Shown here piece after piece: positions 1 to 15,540 of a DNA stretch of 64,000 bases. The stretch's first letter is position 1; each line of letters opens with the position of its first letter. Under the pieces are notes generated by a model. That model saw only the letters and a program-made list of their open reading frames with translations. It did no database searches and was not told the DNA's origin. A program made the position numbers and the translations under genes. The DNA comes from the human T2T-CHM13v2.0 reference genome, Homo sapiens: NCBI RefSeq assembly GCF_009914755.1, contig NC_060929.1; one strand, 5' to 3'.

Positions 1-346
1 ACTATCCATTGAACTATTTTATTAAATTATAAAACTCTTTGGGGCATATGCTTGCAAATTCAATTTAGTTAAATTAACACAGTCTTTAAAATCTCTAAAT
101 ATTGATCTCCAGGTTTGAAAACTTTCTCTAAATAATATTTATGCCAGAATTTTGGGCAGCCAATTCATAGTCATGATATCTTCAAATATCCTAACCTTAT
201 CAGCAAAATCTTTTGTTCTTCCAAATTTAGCTACTTATTTAAAACTACATAATGTCTTTTTTTTTCCTTTTTCTTTGTAAGTTTACATAATGTCTTTTTT
301 TCCTTTTTCTACATAGATTTTTACCTATTTATAAAGCTCTGATTTT

Positions 347-650
347 GGCCAGGTGCGGTGGCTTACGCTTGTTATCCCAGCACTTTGGGAGGCTGAGGCG
401 GGTGGATCATGAGGTCAGGAGTTCGAGGTCAGCCTGACCAGCATGGTGAAACCCTGTCTCTACTAAAAATACAAAAATTAGCTGGGCTTGGTGGCACATG
501 CCTGTAACCACAGCTACTCAGGAGGCTAAGGCAGGACAATCTCATGAACCTGGGAATTGGAGGTTGCAGTGAGCCGAGATCAAACCACTGCACTCCAGCC
601 TGGGTGACACAGTGAGACTCCCTCTAAAAATAAAAATAAAAATAATAAAA
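347..650 (+). mobile_element. Alu SINE (AluS-type), full length
   Basis: GGCCAGGTGCGGTGGCTTACGC start, dimeric body with TACTAAAAATACAAAAATTAGC linker, A-rich tail; TSD AAAGCTCTGATTT at 333-345 and 651-663. Confidence 0.97.
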
Positions 651-2769
651 AAAGCTCTGATTTACCCGCAACCCAGTCAGAAGTCCTCACACACATCAAT
701 AAAAAGAAATGAGTAGAGTGAACATTTTATGTATATCCAGTGCATTTTTACACTTCTCTCTCGGAGTCCACATGACTCCTTTATTTCTTTGAAGAATAGA
801 CTTTTATCCTTGCCAAATTCAGTTATTGTTTACCTCATTTTCTTATCTCTGCCTTCCCTACCATCTCTTCCAGTGGCTTGCTTTCTTGAATATTCTCTGC
901 TTTTCCTTCCCTATTGTCAGACTTTCCACACTCATTAACTCATTCCTGTAAATGTAAAAATACACTCATTTTTTTCTAATAAATTATTATTTTTAGAAAA
1001 AATTTAAGATTTACAGAAAAACTGAGAAGATAGTAAAGAGGGTCCCATACACCTGGCACCCAGTGTCTTTTGTTTTTAACATAGCTTGTTAGTATGGCAG
1101 GTTTGTTACTGTTAATAAACCAATGTTGGTAAATTAGTATTAATAAAAGTTTATATTTTATTCAAATTTTCTTAATTTGTATGTAAAACACTTTTTCAGT
1201 TCCAAGATCCTACTCAGGATATCATGTTACATTTCAGCATGAGGTCTCCTTAGGCGTCACTTGTCTGTGACATTTTCTCAGACTTTTATTATTTTGATGA
1301 TTCTGACCGAGAAACAAGGGTAAATTAGTTTATCAACTGCAGCTAGATTATAATTTGTCTTTTTTTCTCATTATTAAACCAGAGTTATAGATTATAGGGA
1401 GAAAGACAACAAAAATAAAGTGCCATATCCATTATAGAATATCAAGGGTATACACTGTCAACATGAATTACAACTGTTGATGTTGACCTGATACCTAGCT
1501 GAAGTAATGGTTGCCAGCTTTCTCCTCTGAAAAGTTACTTGCCCTCTTTCTCTACCTTTTTTGTGAGTCCAAAATCTATGTGAATATTTGTAATTATTCT
1601 GTACATATTTTTCTCCTCCCCCAAAAGCTCCCCCATTTATTTATTCAGTCATTTATTTATATCAGGATGGACCAATAGATATTTATTTTATACTTTGAGT
1701 TCTAATCTGATACTACTTTATTTATTTTGATGTTCAAATTTTCCATCGTTGCTTATCGAGAGGCCTTTCAGGTCCTGTCTCCCTTTGCTGTCCATAACCC
1801 ATCAATGTGCCATTGTCATTACCTCCTTCTTCCTTTTTGTTCTTTACCTCCTCCCCCTCCTCTTTCTACTTCCTCTTTCCCTCAGCATTTTCTTACTTTG
1901 GCCACAAGATCTTCCATGCTCATCTTGTGTATTTCCTACCCTAATTCTAGAATCAGTCATTTCTCTAAGAAGCTTTGCTTCTGTTTATTGGAGAATGGTA
2001 TGATAAACCAAGATATGGGCACTGGGTGTGCTAGTTACTAGTGAGGTGTCATTGATTCTGAAATATCTCAGCTGACAGAGAAGGAACACATATGTGTCTA
2101 GGCTAACCACATATCTATAAATATGTCTGTGGGCAGCTATGTACATCTCTGTTAAGCTAAGTAGGAGTTCATATGGATGTCTTTAACCCTACCTCATGAC
2201 CACAAGGGCAATTCTAGACTCCTTCTCTTGCTTATCTGTAAATTCCCACTGCAACTGGCTGGTTCCAGACATTCATGATATATTCACTAAGTTGTTGAAT
2301 TCCAGTATACACGTATTGTAGTATCAGAATTTGTAATCCAGATCCTTGCAGGAAATACCTTTTATTAACTAGAGTACAGTGATTATGAACAGTTTTATTT
2401 TTTACCTTTACTTTTATAGATCCATCACATTTTTACTCATTTTGGTGAGCCTTTTTTCCTCCCTAAGCCTCTTTAGTGAAGTTGCTTCATACATTCCTAA
2501 TTAGGTTAAATTGTTTTGTCATATTGTGCATTTCATCCTGGAATTCCACTCTCCTACAAAATGACCCCATACAATTTACATATTTGAAGGTTCACTCTTC
2601 TATGCCTTTGGAGAAATGTACAGTGTCATGCATCCACAATTAAAGTATCATGCAGAATAGTTTTATATCTCCCCCCAAATCCCTATTCTTTATATATGAA
2701 ACCCTCCCTTTTCTTCACAAAACACTGCAAAACACTAATCTTTTGCTGTCTGCATGGTCTGCTATTTTC

Positions 2770-3379
<610 letters not shown>

Positions 3380-4213
3380 TAATGTCTTTTATTAGAACCA
3401 TACGTCATAGAGCATTTCAGACTACCTTCTTCACTAAGCAATGTTTAAGATTCATCTGTGTCTTTCTGTGGCTTTATAGCTCTTTACTTTTTATGGTTGA
3501 ATTACATTCCCTGATATGGATGTACCACAGTTTGTTTATGCATACACATATTGAAGGACATCTTGGCTGTTTCTCATTTGGGACAGTTATTAATAAACTT
3601 TTCCTAAACATCATTGCTCAGGTTTCTCTGTGAACCTAAGTTTTCGAAACAGTTTGATAAATACCTACAAGTGCAATTACTTGTTGTAACTAAGATTATA
3701 TTTTGCTTTGTAAGACATTGACCAACTGTCTTCCAAGTGGTTGTATGATTTTTGTATTCTCGCTGGCAAGAAATGAGAATTTATATTGTTCTTCAGTAAT
3801 TGGCATTGGCAGTTTTTTGAAACTTATTTATTCTAATAGGTTGTAATGGTATCTAATTGTGGTTTAACTTTGAATTGCCTAATGACAGATGACGTTAAAC
3901 ATCTTTTTATATTTTTATTTGCCATTTGTATAAGTTATTTGGCAATGTCTCGAGATATTTTGTCTACTTTATTATTTGTTTCCTAATTATTAAGTATAGG
4001 AGTTTTCTGTCTGTTTTGGATACAAACTGTTTATCAGTTATTTGATTTGTAAAGAGTTTCTCTCAGCCCGAGGCTTGTGTTTCCAACTCTAAACATTCCT
4101 TTTGCAAAGTAGAAGTTTTTACTTTTATTAAAATCAACTTACCAGTTTTTCTTTTCTGGATATTTTTGCTATTGTGTCTAAAAATTCATCATTAAATCCA
4201 AGCTCACTTAGAT

Positions 4214-4674
4214 TGAGGGAGGAGACCACCCCTCATATTGTCATATGCCCAACTTCTGCCTCCAAAGAAAGAAGGAGTAAAAACTAAAAGGCAGAAATGG
4301 AATCCACAGGCAGATAGCCCAGCACCACACCCAGGGCCTGGTAGTTAAAAATCAACCCCTGACCTAACTGCTTGTGTTACCTACAGATTTTAGACACTAT
4401 GGAAAAGCACCGTGAAAATCCCTGTCCTGTTCTGTTCCGATCTAATTACAGGTCCATGCAGCCCCCAGTCATGTACCCCCTGCTTGCTCAATTGATCACG
4501 ACCCTTTCAAGTGGACCCCCTTAGAGTTGTAAGCCTTAAAAGGGACAGGAATTGCTCACTCGGGGAGCATGGTTTTTGGAGACGTGAGTCTGCCGATACT
4601 CCCAGCTGAATAAAGCCCTTTCCTTCTACAACTCGGTGTCTCAGGGGTTCTTGTCTGCAGCTCATCCTGCTACA
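4214..4674 (+). mobile_element. Solo LTR2 (HERV-E family LTR)
   Basis: TGAGGGAGGAGACCACCCCTCATATTGTC ... CCTTAAAAGGGACAGGAATTGCTCACTCGGGGAGC ... AATAAA ... CATCCTGCTACA; TG...CA termini; matches recalled LTR2 consensus. Confidence 0.9.
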
Positions 4675-6944
4675 TTTTGCTCCTATGTTTTCTTCTAGAA
4701 GCTTTAAGGTGTCATGTGTTACCTTCAGATCTAAGATCCATTTTAAGTTAATTTTTATCATATGATTGCCTGTGTATAGGAAAATAATTTACATTAGTAT
4801 ATCAACCTTGTATCCTGCTACCTTGATTTACTTATTCCAAATGTTTTATTTTCCATTTTTACTTATTATATTGACTATCACATTGTCTTTGAACAAAGAC
4901 AGCTTTATTGCTTCCTTTACAATCTGTCTACTATTTATTTCCTTTTCTTATTATATTGTACAAGTTCAGTTGTCTAGCACAACATTGAATAGAAAGGGTG
5001 AAATAAAACACCCTTGCCTTTTTCCCAGTCCTAGATGAAAAGCATTTCTACTATTCAGTATAATATTAGCTATAGGTTCTTTCTAAAGTTGAGGAAGCTA
5101 CCCTGTATTGCTAATTTATGAGGGCTTTTATCATGAATGGGTACTAGGTTATGCAAAAGGCTTTTTCTGCATCTATTGATATTATAATATTTTTATTCTT
5201 CTTAGGCTCTTGATATGGTGAATTATATTAACGGATTTTTCAATAAGGAATCAGCCTTACATACCTGGGACAAATCCCACTTGATTGTGGTGCATAATTA
5301 TTTCTATACATTTTTAAAATTCAATTTGCTAACATTTTGTTGAGCAACTGTGGATCTGTATTCCTGAGAATTATCAGTCTGAAATTTTCTTCACTTACAA
5401 TGTCTTTATCTGATTTTGGCAGTTGATTCATTGTGACCTCTAAAATGACTTAGAAAATATGACTTATTCTTCTATAATCTAGAATAAATTGTTAGAAAAT
5501 GTTGTAATTTTTTTCTTAAATTGTTCATAGAATTCACCAGTGAAGCCATTCGAACCTGGTGCTTTTATTATTTTTTGAAATGTTATTAGTTGTAGATTAA
5601 ATATCTTGACTGAACATATTTATTCAGATTATCTGTTTCTCCTTGTGGGAGTTTTGGGAGTTTGTGCTTTTCAAATAATTGGTATATTTAATATATAAAA
5701 TTTGTGAGCATAGAATTATTCATAGTGCTCATTTATTATACTTTTAATGTCATTTGTGAGGTGTACATTGAAGGAGTCTGTTTCCTTTACAATATTGGTA
5801 ATTTGTAGCTGCTCTCTCTCTCTTTTATCCTTTGTCAGACTGGTTAAAGTTTTATCAATTTTGTCTACCTTTTCATAGAACTTGCCTTTAGTTGTGTTAA
5901 TTTTTTTGTCATTGTTTTTAATTTATTGTTCTCTGCTCTAATTTATATCATTTCTTTCTTTCTGTTTGCTATAAGCTTAAATTGTTATGTTTTCACTAGT
6001 GTTTTGAAAGTGAAATAAATTGCTAGATTATTGAGTTAAGAAATATTTTTCTAATATAGGCATTTAATGAAATGGATTTCTCTCTAGGCACTGTTTTCTC
6101 TGCATCCCACAAAGTTCAATAAGTTAGATTTGTATTCTTACTTAGTTCCAACTTTAAAATATTTCTTGTGAGACTTTTTCCTGGACTTCTGCATTACTTA
6201 GAAGTATGATGCTTAGTCTCCAATTATTTGTGGATTTTCCTGCTATATTTATATTATTGATTCCTAGTTTGATTCATTATGGTCTGTGTACATTGTTTGT
6301 ATAATTTTATAGTTTAAATTTGTTAAGGTGTGCTTAATGGCCCAGAATGTGATCCGTCTTGGTGAATGTTTTATGTTAGCTTGAGAAGAATATGTATTCT
6401 GTTGTTGTTCAATGAAGTATTCTATAAATGCCAATACAATTACGTTAATTGATAATCAATACTCATTTTCTGCCCACTTGTTCTATTAATTACTGAAAAA
6501 GAGATGTTGAAATCTCTATACAGGTCAATTAGTCCATTTTTTTCTTGCACTTTTTTTTTCAAATTATGTCCATCACTTCTATCCATTGATGCCCTGTTGT
6601 TAGATGCATATATTGTAGATTGCTAGGTCTTCATGGAAAATTGATCACATATGATTATGTCACTATTTCTTTATTCCTGATGACTGTTCTTGAACTGAGG
6701 TCCACTTTGTCTGAAATTAATGGAGCAACTACTCCTTTTTAAATTAGTCATCATATTATGATATCTTTTATCCCTTTTCTCCTTTCCTAAAAAAATCCTT
6801 ATAGTTAAAGTGGGTTTTACAGACAACATATAATTAAGTCTAAATTTCATCCACTCTGGGAATCTTTCTAATTAGTTTCTTTAACTTATTTATACTTAAT
6901 GTACTTAAATAAATATGAGATACATAGCCAGGTATGTATACAGA

Positions 6945-6980
6945 AATAGAGATAGATATGAATAGATAGATAGATAGATC
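6945..6980 (+). repeat. (GATA)n-like microsatellite
   Basis: ATAGAGATAGATATGAATAGATAGATAGATAGATC. Confidence 0.8.
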
Positions 6981-9034
6981 AACCATATTTGTAAGGTTAC
7001 ATATAATTCTATTTTTATTCTCTCTTAGCATATTAAGTATATTGCTTTATAAAGATAATTTCAGGAATTTCAGTATTTTAAACTATTCTGTATTCCTTTA
7101 AATAACACTCTACTGCTTTACTTATAGTACATATAACACAGTGTTACATCTATGTAACAGAGTATGTCCATTTTCTATTTCCCATCCTTTGTGACATTGC
7201 TGTCATCCACTTACTGTGCTATAATCATCCAAAATATCATTGTTATTATTATTAGTTTAAATATTTATCTTTTAGTCAGTTAACAATAATTTTAAATATT
7301 TTTAAAATTTATTCCTCCTCTGATGTTCTTTCTTTACGTAGATACTAGACTTTTACTAATATCAAAACTTTTCCAGCTGAGGAAAATTCTTTAATAGTTC
7401 TTGCAGCACAGGTCTGCTGCTGATGAATTCCCCCAATTTCAGTTTTCTGAGAAAGTTTTTATTTCGACCTCATTTTTGAATAATAATTTTAGTAGTTAGA
7501 TAATTCTAGGTTAACTTTTAAAAAATGTTTAACATATTAAATATTGTAGTTTTCTTTTTTCTAGCTTGCAAATTTTCTGTCATGAAGCCGGAGATTTCAA
7601 ATTCCTCTAGTGTCTTTTTGTTTCCACTCTTAACTTCTCTAAGTTTTCCTTTCAAGAGTTTGCGTCTTGAGGCCCTTTCATCTATAATCCACTATTATTA
7701 TACTAGAGCCTTGTTAGTGTCATGCTAATGTATGATGAATGGTGAAAGAACATGCCTGTTAAATCTGTCTTTCAATGGGTTTATGCTTCTTGTCTATAAC
7801 CTTCACAAGTGCTTCTTCTTGTAACTTTCTCTTCATTCCCACCTCAGATGAGGCAAAAAGGATATATATCTCCTACATACAGATAGCAGCATGTTAAATT
7901 TTAGTATAGTACATTGGAACTTATGATTCTAACTTTTGAAAGTAGAGTGTTACTATCTACAGTTGCAGTCAAATGGTAGTTGGGGTAGAAGTCACCTTAA
8001 AGATTTCTTTAATGTTACGCCTGACTAGGAATTATGGTAATAAGCTGGGTCCTCAGTAGAGACCATTGGTTAAATTATATAAATGTGACCTCTACCTATA
8101 ACCAGGAATTTCTTGTAGTGTGATGACCTGGTTTGAAGGTCAAGGATATCACATTTTCTTACCTGGTCTTAGAAGTTATGGAGCATCCCTTCAACCACAT
8201 TATGTTTCTAATAATTGGGTGACTAACTCAATCCTATATTTAGTAGGAAGGAAATTAGATTCTAACTCTTAAAAGAAGTATCAAATAATTTGTGTATTTA
8301 TTTTAAACACTCCATACATACTTTACACTCCATTTTGTGTATATATTAGCTTAGAACATCTAAATTAATCCAATAATGTCTTCTAGAATCTTCTATTTCC
8401 TATCTATTGCACAATGCTATCAATGTTCCCCAAATTCTTTTATGTTCCCTCATGCTCTGTTGTAATATAAAACGGATCACTGATTATTCATACACTTAAT
8501 ATGAATAGTTCACATTTGTTTATAGATTTCTTCTCCGTTTGTTAATGACCTTTTTTGTTTGTGCTTATATCTAAGGGCAAATACAGATTTCCAGTACTTC
8601 TATATTCCCAAAGAATTGCTGATTTAATGTAATTTTATTTTAATACTTCACTTCATTCTCTCTTGGCTGCTTAGCTTTCTTTTCTACTTCAAATTTCAGT
8701 TCTGTATTCACCAGGATATTCCTCAAAAGAAAACTGTAAATCAGGGTCACACTACTTGTCACTTAATAGGACACACACACACATACATACACACATGCTC
8801 ACCTGACTGTTTTGTTTTATATGGTCTTCTTCCTTGACATTGTAATACATATAGACATTATCGTTTTGTAATTATTTTAATACTTATCTATAGTATTTCA
8901 TATCTGCCACAGTGTCGAATATATATAATGAGATATTCTCAAGAAAAATTCCCTGTCATATATGAATAACAAAAACAAAATGGCACAAATAGTCTGTAGG
9001 ATGGTAATACATGTTTTTATTTTATAAAATTTTA

Positions 9035-9700
9035 ATGACTTTAATGAGAAATAATTTTCATAATATATAATTTACCTAATTAAAATGTTCAGTGGTTGTT
9101 AGTATATTCTCAGAATTGAGCAACCATCACCCACAATAAATTTTAGAACACTTTAACAACCTCCAAAGGAAACTCCTTACCCATTAGTGGTTATTCAAAA
9201 ATTACCCAAACTTCCTAGTCTTGAGCAAACATGAATCTTCCTGTTTCTATAGATTTGCCTCTTCTGCATTTTTTTATTTTGAGGGGGAGTCTCGCTGTGT
9301 AGCTTAGCCTGGAGTGTAGTGGCACAATCTTGGCTCACTGCAACCTCCGCCTCTCAGGTTCAAGCGATTCTCCCACCTCAGCCTCCCGAGTAGCTGAGAT
9401 TACAGGTGTGCGCTACCAGGCCTGGCCAATTTTTGTATTTTTAGTAGAAACGGGGTTTCACCATGTTGGCCAGGCTGGTCTCAAACTCCTGACCTCAGGT
9501 GATCCACCTACCTCGGCCTCCCAAAGTGCTGTGTTTATAGGGCGTGAGCCACCACGCCCAGCCTGAATATTTTATATAAGTAAAATTATACAATATGTGG
9601 TCTTTGGAGGTCTGACTTCCTTCATTTAGCATACTGTTTTCAAAATTCATCTCTGTTGTAGCATGTGTCTGTGTTTCATTTTCATGTCTCGATAATATTA
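9035..9700 (-). mobile_element. L1MB-like 3' end fragment interrupted by an Alu
   Basis: TTAGTATATTCTCAGAATTGAGCAACCATCACC ... TTTCTATAGATTTGCCT ... TTCATTTAGCATACTGTTTTCAAAATTCATC. Confidence 0.75.
9269..9563 (-). mobile_element. Alu (AluSx-type)
   Basis: CTCCTGACCTCAGGTGATCCACC, full dimer. Confidence 0.95.
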
Positions 9701-10051
9701 AATTCCTAGTAACTTTTATAAACAATTTAAAGTCTATTTTTGACTGAAATTATTATAGTAACTCAGTCTTCCTTATGGTTGCATGATAAAGCTTGCTCCA
9801 TCCTTTTACCTTTAACCTAATTGTATTTTTTTTATTTAAAGTGTTTCCATTAGAAAGCAGAGTTGGATCTTGTTTTTATTGCCAAGTGTATTAATCTCTG
9901 TCTTTTATAATTATCAAATGACCTTAGCCATTTTCTTTACTTTCTGTATGTATTTGAATTACTGTTTTGAGTCACTTGATTTCAACCTGAAGAATATCCT
10001 TTACTATTTCTTCTAAAGCCAATCTAATAGCAGCAAAAGCTCTGTGTTTTT

Positions 10052-10358
10052 CTGTTTTGTTTTGTTTTGTTTTGTTTTGTTTTGTTTGAGACAGAGTCTC
10101 ACTCTGTCACCCAGGCTGGAGTGCAATGGTGTGCTCACTGCAACCTCTGCCTCCCGGGTTCAAGTGATTCTCCTGCCTCAGCTTCCTGAGTAGCTGGGAT
10201 TACAGGTGCTGCCACCACACCTCGCTAATTTTTGTATTTTTAATAGAGATGGGGGTTTCACCATATTGGCCAGGCTGGTCTCGAACTGCTGACCTTGTGA
10301 TACGCCCAGCTCGGCCTCCCAAAGTGCTGGGATTATAGGTGTGAGCCACCGCGCCTGC
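10052..10358 (-). mobile_element. Alu (AluS) with (TTTTG)n tail
   Basis: (TTTTG)n then GAGACAGAGTCTCACTCTGTCACCCAGG. Confidence 0.95.
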
Positions 10359-10868
10359 CAAAATCTCTGTCTGTTAAAATTTTTCTAGTGATGTCCTTTT
10401 TGTCTTTATTTTTGAAAGATAGTTTTCTGCAGATAAGATACTTGATAGCCTTAACTTTCTTTGCTATAAATGTATTCCCAGTGATTTCTAGACTCCATTG
10501 TTTTTCCTGCTAAGAAGTTAGGTGTTATTTTATTAGGGTTTCCTTTTACCTGAAGAGTGATTTTTCTCTGTTGTTTTCGGGACATTGTCTTTAGCTTCCT
10601 ATATTTTTACTATGCTGTGTCTGGGCAAGACAACCCTTCGGCTTTTCCTACTTAGCATTTTTTAAATCTTCTTTGGTATATAAATTAATGTTTGCATCAT
10701 AATTTTGTAAGTTTTGCCCTATAATTCTTCAAATTTTTTTTCTGCTTCTTATCTCCCTCTTGTCCTTTGTGCTTCTATGATGTGTATGTTGGTGTATTTC
10801 TCTGGAACTCCCTTCACTTATCTTCATTCTTTTCTCCTGTCTTCTTTAGATTGCATAACCTACATTGA

Positions 10869-11282
<414 letters not shown>

Positions 11283-13464
11283 TAGCTACTATGCTTTTTA
11301 ATTCCAGAATTTTTATTCATTCCTTTTTGTAATTTCAATTTTTCTAATTGATATAATGTATTTGATAAGGTATTGTCATCATATCTTTCTTTTTCTTTTA
11401 AGCATGGTGTCATTTAGTTCTTTGAAAATTTACAATAGCTATTTTGCTTTTGTCTGCTGAGTTGAGATTGGGGCCCCATGAAGGACAGATTTTACTTTAT
11501 TTCATAGGTATACATTGCTCTTTCTTGTTTATTTGCATTTCTCATAATTTGTCATTAGAGATTTAATATTTTAGATAACATATTACAGTAATTGCAGATT
11601 CTATTACCACTTCCCATCTTGCTCCTCATCTAGGGCTTGTTGTGGTTGCTATTGCCTACTTCATTTGTTTAGTGACTTGGGTGGAAAATTTTAGTTAAGC
11701 ATATTTCCCAAGCAGGGTGCCCACTCTGATGCCATCTTCAGAGGTCATAGCCTTGGACTTGCACACAGTCACTTTGGGATAATGTTGGGGTTCACAGGTC
11801 TGCTTTTGAAAGTACACTGTGATATTTCTGTAAATCTACCTACCTCTGTTAGTATCACATGCAGCTATAGTTTTCATTACTTCCCAACTGGCTTCTCTCT
11901 TGTTTTTCACAATGTCCTCAGATAGAAATTGTTCCACAGTCTGATCAAAGTTTTGGTGCGTCTTCGTGGGTCTTCCGTTATGCTACTCTTTGAGGTTTGT
12001 TCTGACTCAGTGAGGAACTGTTATTAGCAATCTCTTTCCCCAGTTCTCAGTTCTCTCTGGTAAACCTTTAATTTATATCAAGTTTAGCTTGTTACCTTAT
12101 GGAGTTATCAGTCTATTCTCAATTTTTTTTTTACCACCATTGTGTTCTAGAGTGTAAATGGGCTTATTTTTCCCCAACTCTGTCCCAAATAACATCAGTT
12201 CTTTGGGGTTCTCCCTGCGCAAACACTCTTTGCCACTTTTCCAGATCTAGACATAGATACAGCGACCCGCTTCTCTTGGCATGACACTTCTTATAAGTGG
12301 GATCCTAGCAAAGGCCCTAGCTTATGGTCTTTAGGGCTTGCCTCTCCAAGCCTGTAACCTCAATCCTACTATGAGCTACAGGAGATCTATTTGTGTCTTC
12401 ATATACTCAGCCTGCCATGTCTAAGATGAAACTTTCACCCTACAGATGGGGCTAGGTGGAAGAAGAGAGTCCAAGCCTTTTCAGCTGTTCTTGCCTTAAT
12501 GAGAACTTCTGCCAAATGAAGTGATGGTAAATAAAAAAAGGCTGATGGTTTGTTTCTTGGGGGAGATCTTTACCTCATGACTCATTGCTGGGAGAACAGG
12601 AAGTCCTGTGTCCTTGGATACACCTGCAAAAGTGGAAAATTCTGCATGCTGAGCTTGTGAGCAGGAAGAGTGGGTCATGGCTCAAATGCCATAGATTCAC
12701 TATTCTTAGCAAGATTTGATCGACTTGCTTGAATAAATGCTCTTTTTATAGTTTCTGTATTCCATTAGGGTAATTTCTAGAGATTTATAAACGGCAAGCT
12801 TATAAATTTACCATTTTCACTAGTTATGCTGTTTCACTAGAGAATGTGTCTGCATTGATATATATGCCACCATTCTAGAAGTTATAAAGCTCTCATAGAA
12901 ATGTGTTGAAATAGTTTACTTGTAAGGGCATCTGTTGATTTCCAAACACAATGTAAGACTAGATTTTCCACTTTTCTTTTATTTCTGCATCCATACATGG
13001 ACAGCTGGTACTCTCAATTCTGCACCAGATGGAATGAAGTCTACTGTATGACTCTCTGGATAATGGTACCTATATTCCTGTGTTGACTCTTTCAACTTTC
13101 CTCTTTAGTACTTTGTGAAAACTGTAATTTTAAAGAACCTTTTATTCCCCTAGGATAAAGGATGTAAATGGCCCCCAATGAATATAAAGGATAAGTATAT
13201 GATGATAGTTTAGTTTCTGAAAAATGAAGAAAAGAATACTATTTCAGTGAGTGAGTCCTTTTATCAAAATATCAAATAATTGACTTTCTGGCACTATCTT
13301 CATTCTTTCTAGTATCCTCAAGGTAAATCTACAAAAAATGATGTCTATTTAGTTTACTGAATCCTATGTATAAAATATAATGACTAACTCTTTGTATCTC
13401 CAGCAGAGTTGAGTCATAGGGTGAAATTTTGTGCTGTATAAACCTAGAAGACATAAATCTAGTC

Positions 13465-13600
13465 ATTTTACTGCACAGATTGGTAAACTGAGGTTCACAA
13501 AGACTAACTATTTTGCCCATGGTGACATAAATGGTTACTAACTGAAAATATGAGCTTGTGAATCTGGGTTATGTTTTCTTCCCGCTACATCACTCTGCTT
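13465..13600 (-). mobile_element. MIR fragment
   Basis: MIR core-like ACAGATTGGTAAACTGAGGTTCACAAAG...TTGCCCATGGTGACA. Confidence 0.65.
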
Positions 13601-15049
13601 TACCAAAAATGTAGAACCACTTCTCTTTCCAAAAAACAAAATAATTCTGTTATTGTTGTCTTTCAGAAAATATACAGATGACACTTGGTGTAATTTATGG
13701 GCTCCAGGTAGTTATCCATCAGTGAGCAAAAAGAACCATATAGCTTCATGTGATTACACACAGAGTGATCAATAGCTACTGGTTACTTTTTTTTTTTCAC
13801 TTTTATTGCCTTGAGTATTACTGAAGAAGTCAAAATGTTATAGTTTATTAGAAGCAGAGAAGGGACACTTAATTCTGTATCTCTTGGTAGTTTCTGATAT
13901 TATACTATATTACTATGATAGGTGAGTTTGGGGGAAGTTTTAGAAGGAGCAAAATTAAGTGCCCATATGACACTAATATTCTTTTTAGGGAATCCAGAGG
14001 TAAGAACTTGCCTATAGCTATATTTTTCTCATAGGTTTATCTGAAAAGGTAGGGACGCATAGCAGAGACTGTCCTAAAACAAGTAAGTTATATAATTTAT
14101 TAAATTATTTATTGAAATCTATAATTCAGTAAATTTCCACCCTCTGTTTCCTTCTTTCTTCATTCTTAAAGAGTAAATCCTAATTTTTTATCAAAATTAA
14201 TCTCTTAAAAATAATCAATTCCACATCACTGTTGCAAACTTAAGTCGTTCTCATATATGTATTTAGACTTTTATCCTTCTAGTAGCTCAACTTTCAACAT
14301 TTCTTCTACTTTTTTTTCAGATCAGTTATGTATTCCTAGCCTACAATTAACCTTACAAATAATTTCCATTACTCTATAATGTATTTATTGAATAATATCC
14401 TTTTTGTAATAAGATGAGTACAGTGCATGCAAATATTCCTGGAAGTCAGTACTGAATGTGAACCACATAAACATATAGCATGAAAGCCAAACTCAAAGTG
14501 TCCTTCAGCCAAAGTCCCCTTATATGCATACATAAATTCTTGTGGCTATTCTAGCACCATCTGATATAAGAGAAATGTGATTATGAGAAAAAGGTGGACA
14601 GAAAGAAATAGTAATGTTAGCTAATTGCAGATAAATAGGTTATTTTGCAAAATTTATAAAAAATACATGCTCACGTGAGTACATTATTAATGCCCCCTCA
14701 TGGGCCCATGTAAGAGAGTGGTCTTGAAGGTTAATCTGTATTAGTTTTCTGATAAAGATTCTTCTGCTTTTATTCACTCCCAACACTTTGGGAGAAGCAT
14801 CTCTACTCATGTAACTCTTGAGAAACATCTCTACTCATTTGAACTCTTCCTGTGAAGGATGAGATTACATTTACTATGGGACTTTAGCTTCTTAAATTAT
14901 CTCTAATGTTACCGCATTATTCTCTTTATTTATAGGAATTAATCCTATTTATAAAATACAAATATAGTATTGTATCACATTCTTCATTTATTTAGAATGC
15001 ATCACATTCTTCATTTATTGTATCACGTTCTTCATTTATTTACTTCCAA

Positions 15050-15540
15050 TGCCTTCTATTGTTATTTAAATAAATCTGAAGTCCTTATCATCGTTTACAA
15101 AGCCCTGTCTTATCACTACAACCAAGTCTCCTGTCCCTCACATTTGTTATTAAATATCCCAATCACACTACACTTATTTATGGTTCTTGAGAAACCTAGA
15201 TGTGTTATAATCTCCTGGGTTTTTATCTATTTTTAATCTAACGTTCTTGGAAAGATTCCCCAGTTCTTCACAAAGCAATCTTCTACGTGCAGTGGATACC
15301 TATTTCTAAATGTTCTCCTAGAGAGTTTCCGATGAGCATCCCAACATCATTAATCTCTCTGCAGTTATTTTAAACAGTATTTGCCACAATTTGAAATTAA
15401 CTACATTATATGTATAATAGATCTTTATAATTTTTTTTTTCTGTGAGAGCAAGGCATTCTCTCTTATTAATCACTATTTCCTCAGTGCCTACACCAGTGG
15501 CTAAAATTCTAGTGATGTTGGATGAATAAATGAGTTAATA
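15050..15540 (+). mobile_element. L2 3' end
   Basis: AAATCTGAAGTCCTTATCATCGTTTACAAAGCCCTG ... TGTGAGAGCAAGG ... CAGTGCCTACACCAGTGGCT ... GTTGGATGAATAAATGA. Confidence 0.75.
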
